This document shows positions 38,000-53,300 of a DNA stretch of 64,000 bases, piece after piece. Where the stretch lies: positions 1-64,000 of the forward strand of contig JBHGNT010000136.1 of NCBI GenBank assembly GCA_043228905.1, given 5' to 3'. The DNA is from Azolla caroliniana. Its lineage: Eukaryota > Plantae > Polypodiophyta. The position numbers were made by a program, and so were the translations under genes. How positions within the stretch are numbered: the stretch's first letter is position 1; every line of letters starts with the position of its first letter. The notes under the pieces are model-generated. The model had not been told where the DNA came from. It searched no databases and worked only from the letters and a program-made list of their open reading frames with translations.

Positions 38000-40900
38000 G
38001 TTAGCTTCGATTCGCATGTTTGAACACATAAATCCGATCTGACACTCGCCAGGTATGAACATTTAAATTTACCTACTAGCTCTTCTCAACTCACTCCTCA
38101 AATTTGGTAATTTCCTCATGTCTCTCGACCTGAGTTTCAAAATCTTGACTTTTTAATTCCATATCATAGCTAGCGTTGTTAGATTCGATTCGCATGTTTG
38201 AACACAAAAATCCGATATCACACGAGCCAGGTAGGAACATTTTAATTTACTCAAGGGCTCCTCTCAACTCCCTCCTCAAGTTTGCTATTTTCGTCATGTC
38301 TCTCGACCTGAGTTTCAAAATCTTGAGTTTTTAAATCCACATCATAGCTATCGTTCTTAGCTTCGATTCGCATGTTTGAATACAAAAATCCGATATCACA
38401 CTCGCCAGGTATGAATATTTAAATTTACCTACCTACTCTTCTCAACTCCCTCCTCAAATTTCCTAATTTCGTCATGTCTCTCGACCTGAGTTTGAAAATC
38501 TTGATTTTTTAATTCCATATCATAGCTAGCGTTGTTAGCTTCGATTCGCATGTTTGAACACATAAATCCGATCTGACACTCGCCAGGTATGAACATTTAA
38601 ATTTACCTACTAGCTCTTCTCAACTCACTCCTCAAATTTGGTAATTTCCTCATGTCTCTCGACCTGAGTTTCAAAATCTTGACTTTTTAATTCCATATCA
38701 TAGCTAGCGTTGTTAGATTTGATTCGCATGTTTGAACACAAAAATCCGATATCACACGAGCCAGGTAGGAACATTTTAATTTACTCAAGGACTCCTCTCA
38801 ACTCCCTCCTCAAGTTTGCTATTTTCGTCATGTCTCTCGACCTGAGTTTTAAAATCTTGATTTTTTAATTCCATATCATAGCTAGCGCTGTTAGCTTCGA
38901 TTCGCATGTTTGAACACATAAATCCAATATCACACGAGCCAGGTATGAACATGTTAATTTACCTGCTAGCTCTTCTCAACTCACTCCCCAAATTTAGTAG
39001 TTTCGTCATGTCTCTCGACCTGAGTTTCAAAATCTTGATTTTTTAATTCCATATCATAGCTAGCATTGTTAGCTTCGATTCGCATGTTTGAACACAAAAA
39101 CTCGATATCACACTCGCCAGGTATGAACATTTTAATTTACCTACTAGCTCTTCTCAACTCACTCCTCAAATTTTGTAATTTCATCATGTCTCTCGACCTG
39201 AGTTTCAAAATCTTGATTTTTTAATTCCATATCATAGCTAGCGTTGTTAGCTTCGATTCGCATGTTTGAACACATAAATCCGATATCACACGAGCCAGGT
39301 ATGAACATTTTAATTTACCTACTAGCTCTTCTCAACTCACTCCTCAAATTTAGTAGTTTCGTCATGTCTCTCGACCTGAGTTTCAAAATCTTGATTTTTT
39401 AATTCCATATCAAAGCTAGCGTTGTTAGCTTGGATTCGCATGTTTGAACACATAAATCCAATATCACACGAGCCAGGTATGAACATTTTAATTTACCCAA
39501 GGGCTCCTCTCAACTCCCTCCTCAAGTTTGCTAATTTCTTCATATCTCTCGACCTGAGTTTCAAAATCTTGATTTTTTAATTCCATATCATAGCTACCGT
39601 TGTTAGCTTCGATTCGCATGTTTGAACACATAAATTCGATATGACACGAGCCACGTATGAACATTTTAATTTACCTACTACCTCTTCTCAACTCACTCCT
39701 CAAATTTGGTAATTTCGTCATGTCTCTCGACCTGAGTTTCAAAATCTTGATTTTTTAATTCCATATCATAGGTAGCGTTGTTAGCTTCGATTCACATGTT
39801 AACTCCCTCCTCAAGTTTGCTAATTTCTTCATATCTCTTGACCTGAGTGTCAAAATCTTGAGTTATTAAATCCACATCATAGCTAACGTTGTTAGCTTCG
39901 ATTCGCATGTTTGAACACAAAAATCCGATATCACACTCGCCAGGTATGAACATTTAAATTTACCTACTAGCTCTTCTCAACTCCCTCCTTAAATTTGCTA
40001 ATTTCGTCATGTCTCTTGACCTGAGTTTCAAAATCTTAATTTTCTAATTCCATATCATAGCAAGCGTTGTTAGCTTCGATTCGCATGTTTGAACACAAAA
40101 ATCCGATATCACACGAGCCAGGTATGAACATTTTAATTTACTCAAGGGCTCCTCTCAACTCCCTCCTCAAGTTTGCTAATTTCTTCATATCTCTGGACCT
40201 AAGTTTGAAAATCTTGAGTTTCTAAATCCACATCATAGCTAGCGTTGTTAGCTTTGATTCGCATATTTGAACACATAAATCCGATATGACACTCGCCAGG
40301 TATGAACATTTAAATTTACCTACTAGCTCTTCTCAACTCACTCCTCAAATTTGGTAATTTCCTCATGTCTCTCGACCTGAGTTTCAAAATCTTTACTTTT
40401 TAATTCCATATCATAGCTAGCGTTGTTAGATTCGATTCGCATGTTTGAACACAAAAATCCGATATCACACGAGCCAGGTAGGAACATTTTAATTTACTCA
40501 AGGGCTCCTCTCAACTCCCTCCTCAAGTTTGCTATTTTCGTCATGTCTCTCGACCTGAGTTTCAAAATCTTGAGTTTTTAAATCCACATCATAGCTAGCG
40601 TTCTTAGCTTCGATTCGCATGTTTGAATACAAAAATCCGATATCACACTCGCCAGGTATGAACATTTAAATTTACCTACCTACTCTTCTCAACTCCCTCC
40701 TCAAATTTCCTAATTTCGTCATGTCTCTCGACCTGAGTTTGAAAATCTTGATTTTTTAATTCCATATCATAGCTAGCGTTGTTAGCTTCGATTCGCATGT
40801 TTGAACACATAAATCCGATCTGACACTCGCCAGGTATGAACATTTAAATTTACCTACTAGCTCTTCTCAACTCACTCCTCAAATTTGGTAATTTCCTCAT

Positions 40901-42320
40901 GTCTCTCGACCTGAGTTTCAAAATCTTGACTTTTTAATTCCATATCATAGCTAGCGTTGTTAGATTCGATTCGCATGTTTGAACACAAAAATCCGATATC
41001 ACACGAGCCAGGTAGGAACATTTTAATTTACTCAAGGACTCCTCTCAACTCCCTCCTCAAGTTTGCTATTTTCGTCATGTCTCTCGACCTGAGTTTTAAA
41101 ATCTTGATTTTTTAATTCCATATCATAGCTAGCGTTGTTAGCTTCGATTCGCATGTTTGAACACATAAATCCAATATCACACGAGCCAGGTATGAACATG
41201 TTAATTTACCTGCTAGCTCTTCTCAACTCACTCCCCAAATTTAGTAGTTTCGTCATGTCTCTCGACCTGAGTTTCAAAATCTTGATTTTTTAATTCCATA
41301 TCATAGCTAGCATTGTTAGCTTCGATTCGCATGTTTGAACACAAAAACTCGATATCACACTCGCCAGGTATGAACATTTTAATTTACCTACTAGCTCTTC
41401 TCAACTCACTCCTCAAATTTTGTAATTTCATCATGTCTCTCGACCTGAGTTTCAAAATCTTGATTTTTTAATTCCATATCATAGCTAGCGTTGTTAGCTT
41501 CGATTCGCATGTTTGAACACATAAATCCGATATCACACGAGCCAGGTATGAACATTTTAATTTACCTACTAGCTCTTCTCAACTCACTCCTCAAATTTAG
41601 TAGTTTCGTCATGTCTCTCGACCTGAGTTTCAAAATCTTGATTTTTTAATTCCATATCAAAGCTAGCGTTGTTAGCTTGGATTCGCATGTTTGAACACAT
41701 AAATCCAATATCACACGAGCCAGGTATGAACATTTTAATTTACCCAAGGGCTCCTCTCAACTCCCTCCTCAAGTTTGCTAATTTCTTCATATCTCTCGAC
41801 CTGAGTTTCAAAATCTTGATTTTTTAATTCCATATCATAGCTACCGTTGTTAGCTTCGATTCGCATGTTTGAACACATAAATTCGATATGACACGAGCCA
41901 CGTATGAACATTTTAATTTACCTACTAGCTCTTCTCAACTCACTCCTCAAATTTGGTAATTTCGTCATGTCTCTCGACCTGAGTTTCAAAATCTTGATTT
42001 TTTAATTCCATATCATAGGTAGCGTTGTTAGCTTCGATTCACATGTTAACTCCCTCCTCAAGTTTGCTAATTTCTTCATATCTCTTGACCTGAGTGTCAA
42101 AATCTTGAGTTATTAAATCCACATCATAGCTAACGTTGTTAGCTTCGATTCGCATGTTTGAACACAAAAATCCGATATCACACTCGCCAGGTATGAACAT
42201 TTAAATTTACCTACTAGCTCTTCTCAACTCCCTCCTTAAATTTGCTAATTTCGTCATGTCTCTTGACCTGAGTTTCAAAATCTTAATTTTCTAATTCCAT
42301 ATCATAGCAAGCGTTGTTAG
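38000..42320. repeat. Tandem duplication of a 13-monomer (2247-bp) block containing a 67-bp-deleted monomer
   Basis: Junction CACATGTT|AACTCCC at 39793 and 42040 (offset 2247 = 13x178 - 67). GATCTGACACTCG, AAAACTCGAT and GCTTGGATTC variants occur in both copies. Boundaries are approximate. Confidence 0.85.
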
Positions 42321-45300
42321 CTTCGATTCGCATGTTTCACCACAGAAATACAATATCACACGACCTAGGTATGAACATTTAAATTTACCTACTTCGTCTT
42401 GTCAACTCCCGCTTAAAATTTGCTAATTTCTTCATCTCTCTCGACCTGAGTTTCAAAATCTTGATTTTTTAATTCCATATCAGAGCAAGCGTTGTTAGCT
42501 TCGATTCGCATGTTTGAACACACGAATCCGATATCACACGACCTAGGTATGAACATTTTAATTTACCTACTTGCTCTTGTTAACTCCCGCCTCAAATTTG
42601 CTAATTTCTTCATGTCTCTTGACGTGAGTTTCAAAATATTGATTTTTTAATTCCATATCATAGCAAGCGGAGTTAGCTTCGATTCGCATGTTTGAACACA
42701 GAAATCCAATATCACAGGAGCCAAATATGAACATTTTAATTTACTAACGCGTTGTTCTAAACTCCCTCCTCAAATTTGCTAATTTCTTCATGTCTCTCGA
42801 CCTGAGTTTCAAAATCTTGATTTTTTAATTCCATATCATAGCTAGCTTTGTTAGCTTCGATTCGCATGTTTGAACACAGGAATCCAATATCACAGGAGAT
42901 ATGAACATTTTAATTTACCTACTTACTCTTGTTAGCTCCCGCCTCAAATTTGCTAATTTCTTCATGTCTGTCGACCTGAGTTTCAAAATCTTAATGGTTT
43001 AATTCCATATCATAGCAAACGTTGTTAGCTTCGATTTGCATGTTTGACCACATAATTTCGATATCACACGACCCAGGTATGAACATTTTAATTTACCTAC
43101 TTGCTCTTATCAACTCTCGCCTCAAATTTGCTAATTTCTTCATGTCTCCCGACCTGAGTTTCAAAATCTGGATTTTTTAATTCCATATCATAGCTAGGAT
43201 TGTTGATTCGATTCGCATGTTTGAACAGAAAAATCTAATATCACACGAGCCAGGTATGAACATTTTAATCTACCCAAGGGCTCCTCTCAAATCCCTCCTC
43301 AAGTTTGCTAATTTCATCATGTCTCTCGACCTGAGTTTCAAAATATGAACATTTTAATTTACCTACTTGCTCTTGTCAACTCCCGCCTCAAATTTGCTAA
43401 TTTCTTCATATCTCTCGACCTTAGTCTCAAAATCTTGATTTTTTAATTCCATATCATAGCTACCGTTGTTAGCTTCGATTCGCATGTTTGAACACATAAA
43501 TCCGATATCACACGAGCCAGGTATGAACATTTTAATTTACCTAGTAGCTCTTCTCAACTCACTCCTCAAATTTAGTAGTTTCGTCATGTCTCTCGACCTG
43601 AGTTTCAAAATCTTGATTTTTTAATTCCATATCAAAGCTAGCGTTGTTAGCTTGGATTCGCATGTTTGAACACATAAATCCAATATCACACGAGCCAGGT
43701 ATGAACATTTTAATTTACCCAAGGGCTCCTCTCAACTCCCTCCTCAAGTTTGCTAATTTCTTCATATCTCTCGACCTGAGTTTCAAAATCTTGATTTTTT
43801 AATTCCATATCATAGCTACCGTTGTTAGCTTCGATTCGCATGTTTGAACACATAAATTCGATATGACACGAGCCACGTATGAACATTTTAATTTACCTAC
43901 TACCTCTTCTCAACTCACTCCTCAAATTTGGTAATTTCGTCATGTCTCTCGACCTGAGTTTCAAAATGTTGATTTTTTAATTCCATATCATAGGTAGCGT
44001 TGTTAGCTTCGATTCGCATATTTGAACACAAAAATCCGATATCACACGAGCCAGGTATGAACATTTTAATTTACCTACTAGCTCTTCTCAACTCACTCCT
44101 CAATTTGGTAATTTCGTCATGTCTCTCGACCTGAGTTTCAAAATCTTGATTTTTTAATTCCATATCATAGCTAGCGTTGTTAGATTCGATTCGCATGTTT
44201 GAACACAAAAATCCGATATCACACGAGGCAGGTAGGAACATTTTAATTTACTCTAGGGGTCCTCACAACTCCCTCTTCAAGTTTGCTAATTTCGTCATGT
44301 CTCTCGATGTGAGTTTCAAAATCTTGATTTTTTAATTCCATATCATAGCTAGCGTTGTTAGATTCGATTCGCATGTTTGAACACAAAAATCCGATTTCAC
44401 ACGAGCCAGGTATGGACATTTTAGTTTACTCAAGGGCTACTCTCAACTCCTTCCTCAAGTTTATTAATTTCTTCATATCTCTCGACCTGAGTTTCAAAAT
44501 CTTGAGTTTTTAAATACACATCATAGCTAGCGTTCTTAACTTCGATTCGCATGTTTGAATACAAAAATCCGATATCACACTCGCTAGGTATGAACATTTC
44601 AATTTACCTACCTACTCTTCTCAACTCCCTCCTCAAATTTGCTAATTCTGTCATGTCTCTCGACCTGAGTTTGAAAATCTTGATTTTTTAATTCCATATC
44701 ATAGCTAGCGTTGTTAGCTTCGATTCGCATGTTTGAACACATAAATCCGATATGACACTCGCCAGCTATGAACATTTAAATTTACCTACTAGCTCTTCTC
44801 AACTCACTCCTCAAATTTGGTAATTTCCTCATGTCTCTCGACCTGAGTTTCAAAATCTTGACTTTTTAATTCCATATCATAGCTAGCGTTGTTAGATTCG
44901 ATTCGCATATTTGAACACAAAAATCCGATATCACACGAGCCAGGTAGGAACATTTTAATTTACTCAAGGGCTCCTCTCAACTCCCTCCTCAAGTTTGCTA
45001 TTTTCGTCATGTCTCTCGACCTGAGTTTCAAAATCTTGATTTTTTAATTCCATATCATAGCTAGTGTTGTTAGCTTCGATTCGCATGTTTGAACACAAAA
45101 ATCCGATATCACACGAGCCAGGTATGGACATTTTAATTTACTGAAGGGCTCCTCTCAACTCCCTCCTCAAGTTTGCTAATTTATTCATATCTCTCGACCT
45201 GAGTTTCAAAATCTTGATTTTTCAATTCCATATCATAGCTAGCGTTGTTAGCTTCGATTCGCATGTTTGAACGCCTCAAATCCGATATCATACGAGCCAG

Positions 45301-47399
45301 GTACGAACATTTTAATTTACTCAAGGGCTCCTCTCAACTCCCTCCTCAAGTTTGCTAATTTCGTCATGCCTCTCGACCTGAGTTTCAAAATCTTGATTTT
45401 TTAATTCCATATCATAGCTTGTGTTGTTAGCTTCGATTCGCATGTCTGAACACAAAAATCCGATATCACACGAGCCAGGTATCAAACATTTTAATTTACC
45501 TACAAGCTCTTCTCAACTCCCTCCTCGAATTTGGTAATTTCGTCATGTCTCTCGACCTGAGTTTCAAAATCTTGATTTTTTAATTCCATATCAAAACTAG
45601 CGTTGTTAGCTTCGATTCGCATATTTGAACACAAAAATCCGATATCACACGAGCCAGGTATGAACATTTTAATTTACTCAAGGGCTCCTCTCAACTTCCT
45701 CCTCAAGTTTGCTAATTTCTTCATATCTCTCGACCTAAGTTTGAAAATCTTGAGTTTTTAAATCCACATCATAGCTAGCGTTGTTAGCTTTGATTCGCAT
45801 ATTCGCATATCACACTCGCCAGGTATGAACATTTTAATTTACCTACTAGCTCTTCTCAACTCACTCCTCAATTTGGTAATTTCGTCATGTCTCTCGACCT
45901 GAGTTTCAAAATCTTGATTTTTTAATTCCATATCATAGCTAGCGTTGTTAGATTCGATTCGCATGTTTGAACACAAAAATCCGATATCACACGAGGCAGG
46001 TAGGAACATTTTAATTTACTCTAGGGGTCCTCACAACTCCCTCTTCAAGTTTGCTAATTTCGTCATGTCTCTCGATGTGAGTGTCAAAATCTTGATTTTT
46101 TAATTCCATATCATAGCTAGCGTTGTTAGATTCGATTCGCATGTTTGAACACAAAAATTCGATTTCACACGAGCCAGGTATGGACATTTTAGTTTACTCA
46201 AGGGCTCCTCTCAACTCCCTCCTCAAGTTTGTTAATTTCTTCATATCTCTCGACCTGAGTTTCAAAATCTTGAGTTTTTAAATCCACATCATAGCTAGCG
46301 TTCTTAGCTTCGATTCGCATGTTTGAATACAAAAATCCGATATCACACTCGCCAGGTATGAACATTTTAATTTACCTACCTACTCTTCTCAACTCCCTCC
46401 TCAAATTTGCTAATTTCGTCATGTCTCTCGACCGGAATTTGAAAATCTTGATTTTTTAATTCCATATCATAGCTAGCGTTGTTAGCTTCGATTCGCATGT
46501 TTGAACACATAAATCCGATATGACACTCGCCAGGTATGAACATTTAAATTTACCTACTAGCTCTTCTCAACTCACTCCTCAAATTTGGTAATTTCCTCAT
46601 GTCTCTCGACCTGAGTTTCAAAATCTTGACTTTTTAATTCCATATCATAGCTAGCGTTGTTAGATTCGATTTGCATATTTGAACACAAAAATCCGATATC
46701 ACACGAGCCAGGTAGGAACATTTTAATTTACTCAAGGACTCCTCTCAACTCCCTCCTCAAGTTTGCTATTTTCGTCATGTCTCTCGACCTGAGTTTCAAA
46801 ATCTTGATTTTTTAATTCCATATCATAGATAGCGTTGTTAGATTCGATTCGCATGTTTGAACACAAAAATCCGATATCACACGAGCCAGGTAGGAACATT
46901 TTAATTTACTCAAGGGCTCCTCTCAACTCCCTCCTCAAGTTTGCTATTTTCGTCATGTCTCTCGACCTGAGTTTCAAAATCTTGATTTTTTAATTCCATA
47001 TCATAGCTAGCGTTGTTAGCTTCGATTCGCATGTTTGAACACATAAATCCAATATCACACGATCCAGGTATGAACATGTTAATTTACCTGCTAGCTCTTC
47101 TCAACTCACTCCCCAAATTTAGTAGTTTCGTCATGTCTCTCGACCTGAGTTTCAAAATCTTGATTTTTTAATTCCATATCATAGCTAGCGTTGTTAGCTT
47201 CGATTCGCATGTTTGAACACAAAAACCCGATATCACACTCGCCAGGTATGAACATTTTAATTTACCTACTAGCTCTTCTCAACTCACTCCTCAAATTTTG
47301 TAATTTCGTCATGTCTCTCGACCTGAGTTTCAAAATCTTGATTTTTTAATTCCATATCATAGCTAGCGTTGTTAGCTTCGATTCGCATGTTTGAACACA

Positions 47400-50300
47400 G
47401 AATTCGGATATCACACGACCCGGGTATGAACATTTTAATTTACCTACTTGCTCTTATCAACTCCCGCCTCAAATATGCTAATTTCTTCATGTCTCTCGAC
47501 CTGAGTTTCAAAATCTTGATTTTTTAATTCCATATCATAGCAAGCGTTGTTAGCTTTGATTCGAATGTTCGAATGTTCGAATTTACCTACTTGGTCTTGT
47601 CAACTCCCGCCTAAAATTTGCTAATTTCTTCATGTCTATCTACGTGAGTTTCAAAATCTTGATTTTTTAATTCCATATCATAGAAAGCGTTGTTAGCTTC
47701 CATTCGCATGTTTGAACACAGGAATCCAATATCACAGGACCCAGGTATGAACATTTTAATTTACCTACTTGCTGTTGTCAACTCCCGCCTCAAATTTGCT
47801 AATTTCTTCATGTCTCTCGACCTGAGTTTCAAAATCTTGATTTTTTAATTCCATATCATAGCAAACGTTGTTAGCTTTGATTCACATGTTTGAACTTAGA
47901 AATCCGATATCACAGGAGCAAAATATGAAATTTGCTAATTTCTTCATGTCTCTCGACCTGAGTTTCAAAATCTTAATTTTTTAATTCCATATCATAGTAA
48001 ATGTTGTTAGCTTCGATTCGCATGTTTCACCACATAATTCCAATATCACACGACCCAGGTATGAATATTTTAATTTACGTACTAGCTCTTCTCAACTCAC
48101 TCCTCAAATTTTACATGAGCTAGGTATGAATATTTTAATTTACGTACTAGCTCTTCTCAATTCACATGAGCTAGGTATGAACATTTTAATTTACTAACGC
48201 GCTCTTGTCAACTCCCGCCTAAAATTTGCTAATTTCTTCATGTCTCTCGACATGAAGAATCAAAATCTTGATTTTTTAATTCCATATCATAGCAAGCGTT
48301 GTTAACTTCGATTCGCATATTTGAACACAGGAATCCAATATCACAGGAGATATGAACATTTTAATTTACCTACTTACTCTTGTTAACTCCCGCCTCAAAT
48401 TTGCTAATTTCTTCATGTCTCTCGACCTGAGTTTACAAATCTTGATTTTTTAATTCCATATCATAGCAAGCGTTGTTAGCTTCGATTCGAATGTTTCACC
48501 ACAGAATTCCGATATCACACGACCCAGGTATGAACATTTTGATTTACCTACTTGCTCTTGTCAACTCCCGCCTCAAATTTGCTAATTTCTTCATGTCTCT
48601 CGACCTGAGTTTCAAAATCTTGATTTTTTAATTCCATATCATAGCAAGCGTTGTTAGCTTTGATTCGCATGTTTGAACACAGAAATCCGATATTACAGGA
48701 GCCAGATATGAACATTTTAATTTAGTAACGCGCTCTTGTCAACTCCCGCCTCAAATTTGCTAATTTCTTCATGTCTCTCGACCTGAGTTTCAAAATCTTG
48801 ATTTTTTAATTCCATATGCTAGCAAGCGTTGTTAGCTTCCATTCGCATGTTTGAACACAGGAATCCAATATCACAGGAGCCAGATATGAACATTTTAATT
48901 TACCTACTTACTCTTGTCAACTCCCGCCTCAAATTTGCTAATTTCGTCATGTCTCTCGACCTGAGTTCTAAAATCGTGATTTTTTAACTCCATATCATAG
49001 CTAGCTTTGTTAGCTTCGATTCGCATGTTTGAACACAAAAATCCGATATCACACGAGCCAGGTATGAACATTTTAATTTACCTACTAGCTCTTCTCAACC
49101 TAACGCGCTCTTTTCAACTCCCGCCTAAAATTTGCTAATTTCTTCATGTCTCTCGACCTGAGTTTCAAAATCTAAATTTTTTAATTCCATATGGTAGCAA
49201 GCGTTGTTAGCTTCAATTCGCATGTTTGAACACAGGAATCCAATATCACAGGAGCCAGATATGAACTTTTTAATTTACCTACTTACTCTTGTCAACTCCC
49301 GCCTCAAATTTGCTAATTTCATCATCTCTCTCGACCTGAGTTTCAAATTTAATTCTATATCATAGCTAGCTTTGTTAGCTTCGATTCGCATGTTTGAACA
49401 CAAAAATCCGATATCACACGAGCCAGGTATGAACATTTTAATTTACCTAGTTGCTCTTGTGAACTCCCGCCTAAAATTTGCTAATTTCTTCATGTCTCTC
49501 GACCTGAGTTTCAAAATCCTGATTTTTTAATTCTATATCATAGCTAGCTTTGTTAGCTTCGATTCGCATGTTTGAACACAAAAATCCGATATAACACGAG
49601 GCAGGTATGAACATTTTAATTTACCTACTTGCTCTTGGCAACTCCCGCCTCAAATTTGCTAATTTCTTCATGTCTCTCGACCTGAGTTTCAAAATCTTAA
49701 TTTTTTAATTCCATATCATATCAAGCCTTGTTAGCTTCAATTCGCATGTTTCACCACAGAATTCCGATATCACACGACCCAGGTATCAACATTATAATTC
49801 ACCTATTTGCTCTTGTCAACTCCCGCCTCAAATTTACTAATTTCTTCATGTCTCTCGACCTGAGTTTCAAAATCTTTATTTTTTAATTCCATATCATAGC
49901 AAGCGGAGTTAGCTTCGATTCGCATGTTTGAACAAAAAAATCCAATATCACACGACCTAGGTATGAACATTTTAATTTACCTACTTGCTCTTGTCAACTC
50001 ATGCATCAAATTTGCTAATTTCTTCATGTCTCTCGACCTGAGTTCCAAAATCTTGATTTTTTAATTCCATATCATAGCTAGCTTTGTTAGCTTCGATTCG
50101 CATGTTTGAACACAGAAATCCGATATCACAGGAGCCAGATATGAACATTTTAATTTACTAACGCGCTCTTGTCAGCTCCCGCCTCAAATTTGCTAATTTC
50201 TTCATGTCTCTCGACCTCAGTTTCAAAATCTAGATTTTTTAATTCCATATCATAAGAAGCGGAGTTAACTTCGATTCGCATGTTTGAACAAAAAAATCTA

Positions 50301-53300
50301 ATATCACACGACCTAGGTATGAACATTTTAATTTACCTACTTGCTCTTGTCAACTCCTGCCTAAAATTTGCTAATTTCTTCATGTCTCTCGACCTGAGTT
50401 TCAAAATCTTGATTTTTTAATTCCATATCATAGCAAGCGGAGTTAGCTTCGATTCGCATGTTTGAACAAAAAAATCCAATATCACACGACCTAGGTATGA
50501 ACATTTTAATTTACCTACTTGCTCTTGTCAACTCATGCATCAAATTTGCTAATTTCTTCATGTCTCTCGACCTGACTTTCAAAATCTTGATTTTCTAATT
50601 CTATATCATTGCAAGCTTTGTTAGCTTCGATTCGCATGTTTGAACACAAAAATCCGATATCACACGAGCCAGGTATGAACATTTTAATTTACTAACACGC
50701 TCTTGTGAAATCCCGCCTAAAATTTGCTAATTTCTTCATGTCTCTCGGCCTGAGTTTCAAAATCTGGATTTTTTAATTCCATATGATAGCAAGCGTTGTT
50801 AGCTTCCATTCGCATGTTTGAATACAGGAATCCAATATCACAGGAGCCAGATATGAACATTTTAATTTACCTACTTGCTCTTGTCAACTCCCGCCTCGAA
50901 TTTGCTAATTTCTTCATGTCTCTCGACGTGTGTTTCAAAATCTTGATTTCTTATTCTATATCATAGCAAGCGTTGTTAGCTTCGATTCGCATGTTTCACC
51001 ACAGAATTCCGATATCACACGACCCAGGTATGAAAATTTTAATTTACCTAGTTGCTCTTGTCAACTCCCGCCTCAAATTTGCTAATTTCTTCATGTCTCT
51101 CGACCTGAGTTTCAAAATCTTGATTTTTTAATTCCATATTATAGCAAGCGTTGTTAGCTTCGATTCGCATGTTTCACCACAGAATTCCGATATCACACGA
51201 CCCAGGTATGAACATTTTAATTTACCTACTTGCTCCTGTCAACTCCTGCCTCAAATTTGCGAATTTCTTCATGTCTCTCGACCTAAGTTTCAAAATCTTG
51301 ATTTTTTAATTCCATATCATAGCAAGCGTTGTTAACTTCGATTCGCATGTTTCACCACAGAATCCCGATATCACACGACCCAGGTATGAACATTTTAATT
51401 TACCTACATGCTCTTGTCAACTCCCGCCTCAAATTTGCTAATTTCTTCATGTCTCTCCACCTGAGTTTCAAAATCTTGATTTTTTAATTCCATATCATAG
51501 CAAACGTTGTTAGCTTTCATTCGCATGTTTGAACACAGATATCCGATATCACAGGAGCCAGATATGAACATTTTAATTTACTAACGCGCTCTTGTCAGCT
51601 CCCGCCTCAAATTTGCTAATTTCTTCATGTCTCTCGACTTGAGTTTCAAAATCTTGATTTTTTAATTCCATATCATAGCTAGCGGAGTTAGCTTCGATTC
51701 GCATGTTTGAACACAGAAATCCAATATCACAGGAGCCAAATATGAACAGTTTAATTTACTAACGGGTTGTTCTAAACTCCCTCCTCAAATTTGCTAATTT
51801 CTTCATGTCTCTCGACGTGAGTTTCAAAATATTGGTTTTTTAATTCCATATCAGAGCTAGCGTTGTTAGCTTCGATTCGCATGTTTGAACACAGAAATCC
51901 AATATTACAGAAGCCAAATATGAACATTTTAATTTACTAACCCGTTGTTCTAAACTCCCTCCTCAAATTTGCTAATTTCTTCATCTCTCTCGACCTGAGT
52001 TTCAAAATCTTGATTTTTTAATTCCATATTATAGCTAGCTTTGTTAGCTTCGATTCGCATGTTTGAACACAAAAATCCGATATCACACGACCCAAGTATG
52101 AACATTTTAATTTACTAACGCGCTCTTGTCAACTCCCGCCTAAAATTTGCTAATTTCTTGATGTCTCTTGACCTGAGTTTCAAAATCTGGATTTTTTAAT
52201 TCCATATCATAGCAAGCGTTGTTAGCTTTGATTCGAATGTTCGAATGTTCGAATTTACCTACTTGCTCTTGTCAACTCCCGCCTCAAATTTGCTAATTTC
52301 TTCATGTCTCTCTACGTGAGTTTCAAAATCTTGATTTTTTAATTCCATATCATAGAAAGCGTTGTTAGCTTCCATTCGCATGTTTGAACACAGGAATCCA
52401 ATATCACAGGACCCAGGTATGAACATTTTAATTTACCTACTTGCTCTTGTCAACTCCCGCCTCAAATTTGCTAATTTCTTCATGTCTCTCGACCTGAGTT
52501 TCAAAATCTTGATTTTTTAATTCCATATCATAGCAAACGTTGTTAGCTTTGATTCACATGTTTGAACTTAGAAATCCGATATCACAGGAGCAAAATATGA
52601 AATTTGCTAATTTCTTCATGTCTCTCGACCTGAGTTTCAAAATCTTAATTTTTTAATTCCATATCATAGTAAACGTTGTTAGCTTCGATTCGCATGTTTC
52701 ACCACATAATTCCAATATCACACGACCCAGGTATGAACATTTTAATTTACGTACTAGCTCTTCTCAACTCACTCCTCAAATTTGCTAATATCTTCATGTC
52801 TCTCGACCTAAGTTTCAAAATCTTGATTTTTTAATTCCATATCATAGCAAGCGTTGTTAGCTTCGATTCGCATGTTTGAACACAGAATTCGGATATCACA
52901 CGACCCGGGTATGAACATTTTAATTTACCTACTTGCTCTTGTCAACTCCCGCCTCAAATTTGCTAATTTCTTCATGTCTCTCGACCTGAGTTTCAAAATC
53001 TTTATTTTTTAATTCCATGTCATAGCAAGCGGAGTTAGCTTCGATTCGCATGTTTGAACACAGAAATCCAATATCACAGGAGCCAAATATGAACATTTTA
53101 ATTTACTAACGCGTTGTTCTAAACTCCCTCCTCAAATTTGCTAATTTCTTCATGTCTCTCGACGTGAGTTTCAAAATATTGATTTTTTAATTCGATATCA
53201 GAGCTAGCGTTGTTAGCTTCGATTCGCATGTTTGAACACAGAAATCCAATATCACAGAAGCCAAATATGAACATTTTAATTTACTAACGCTTTGTTCTAA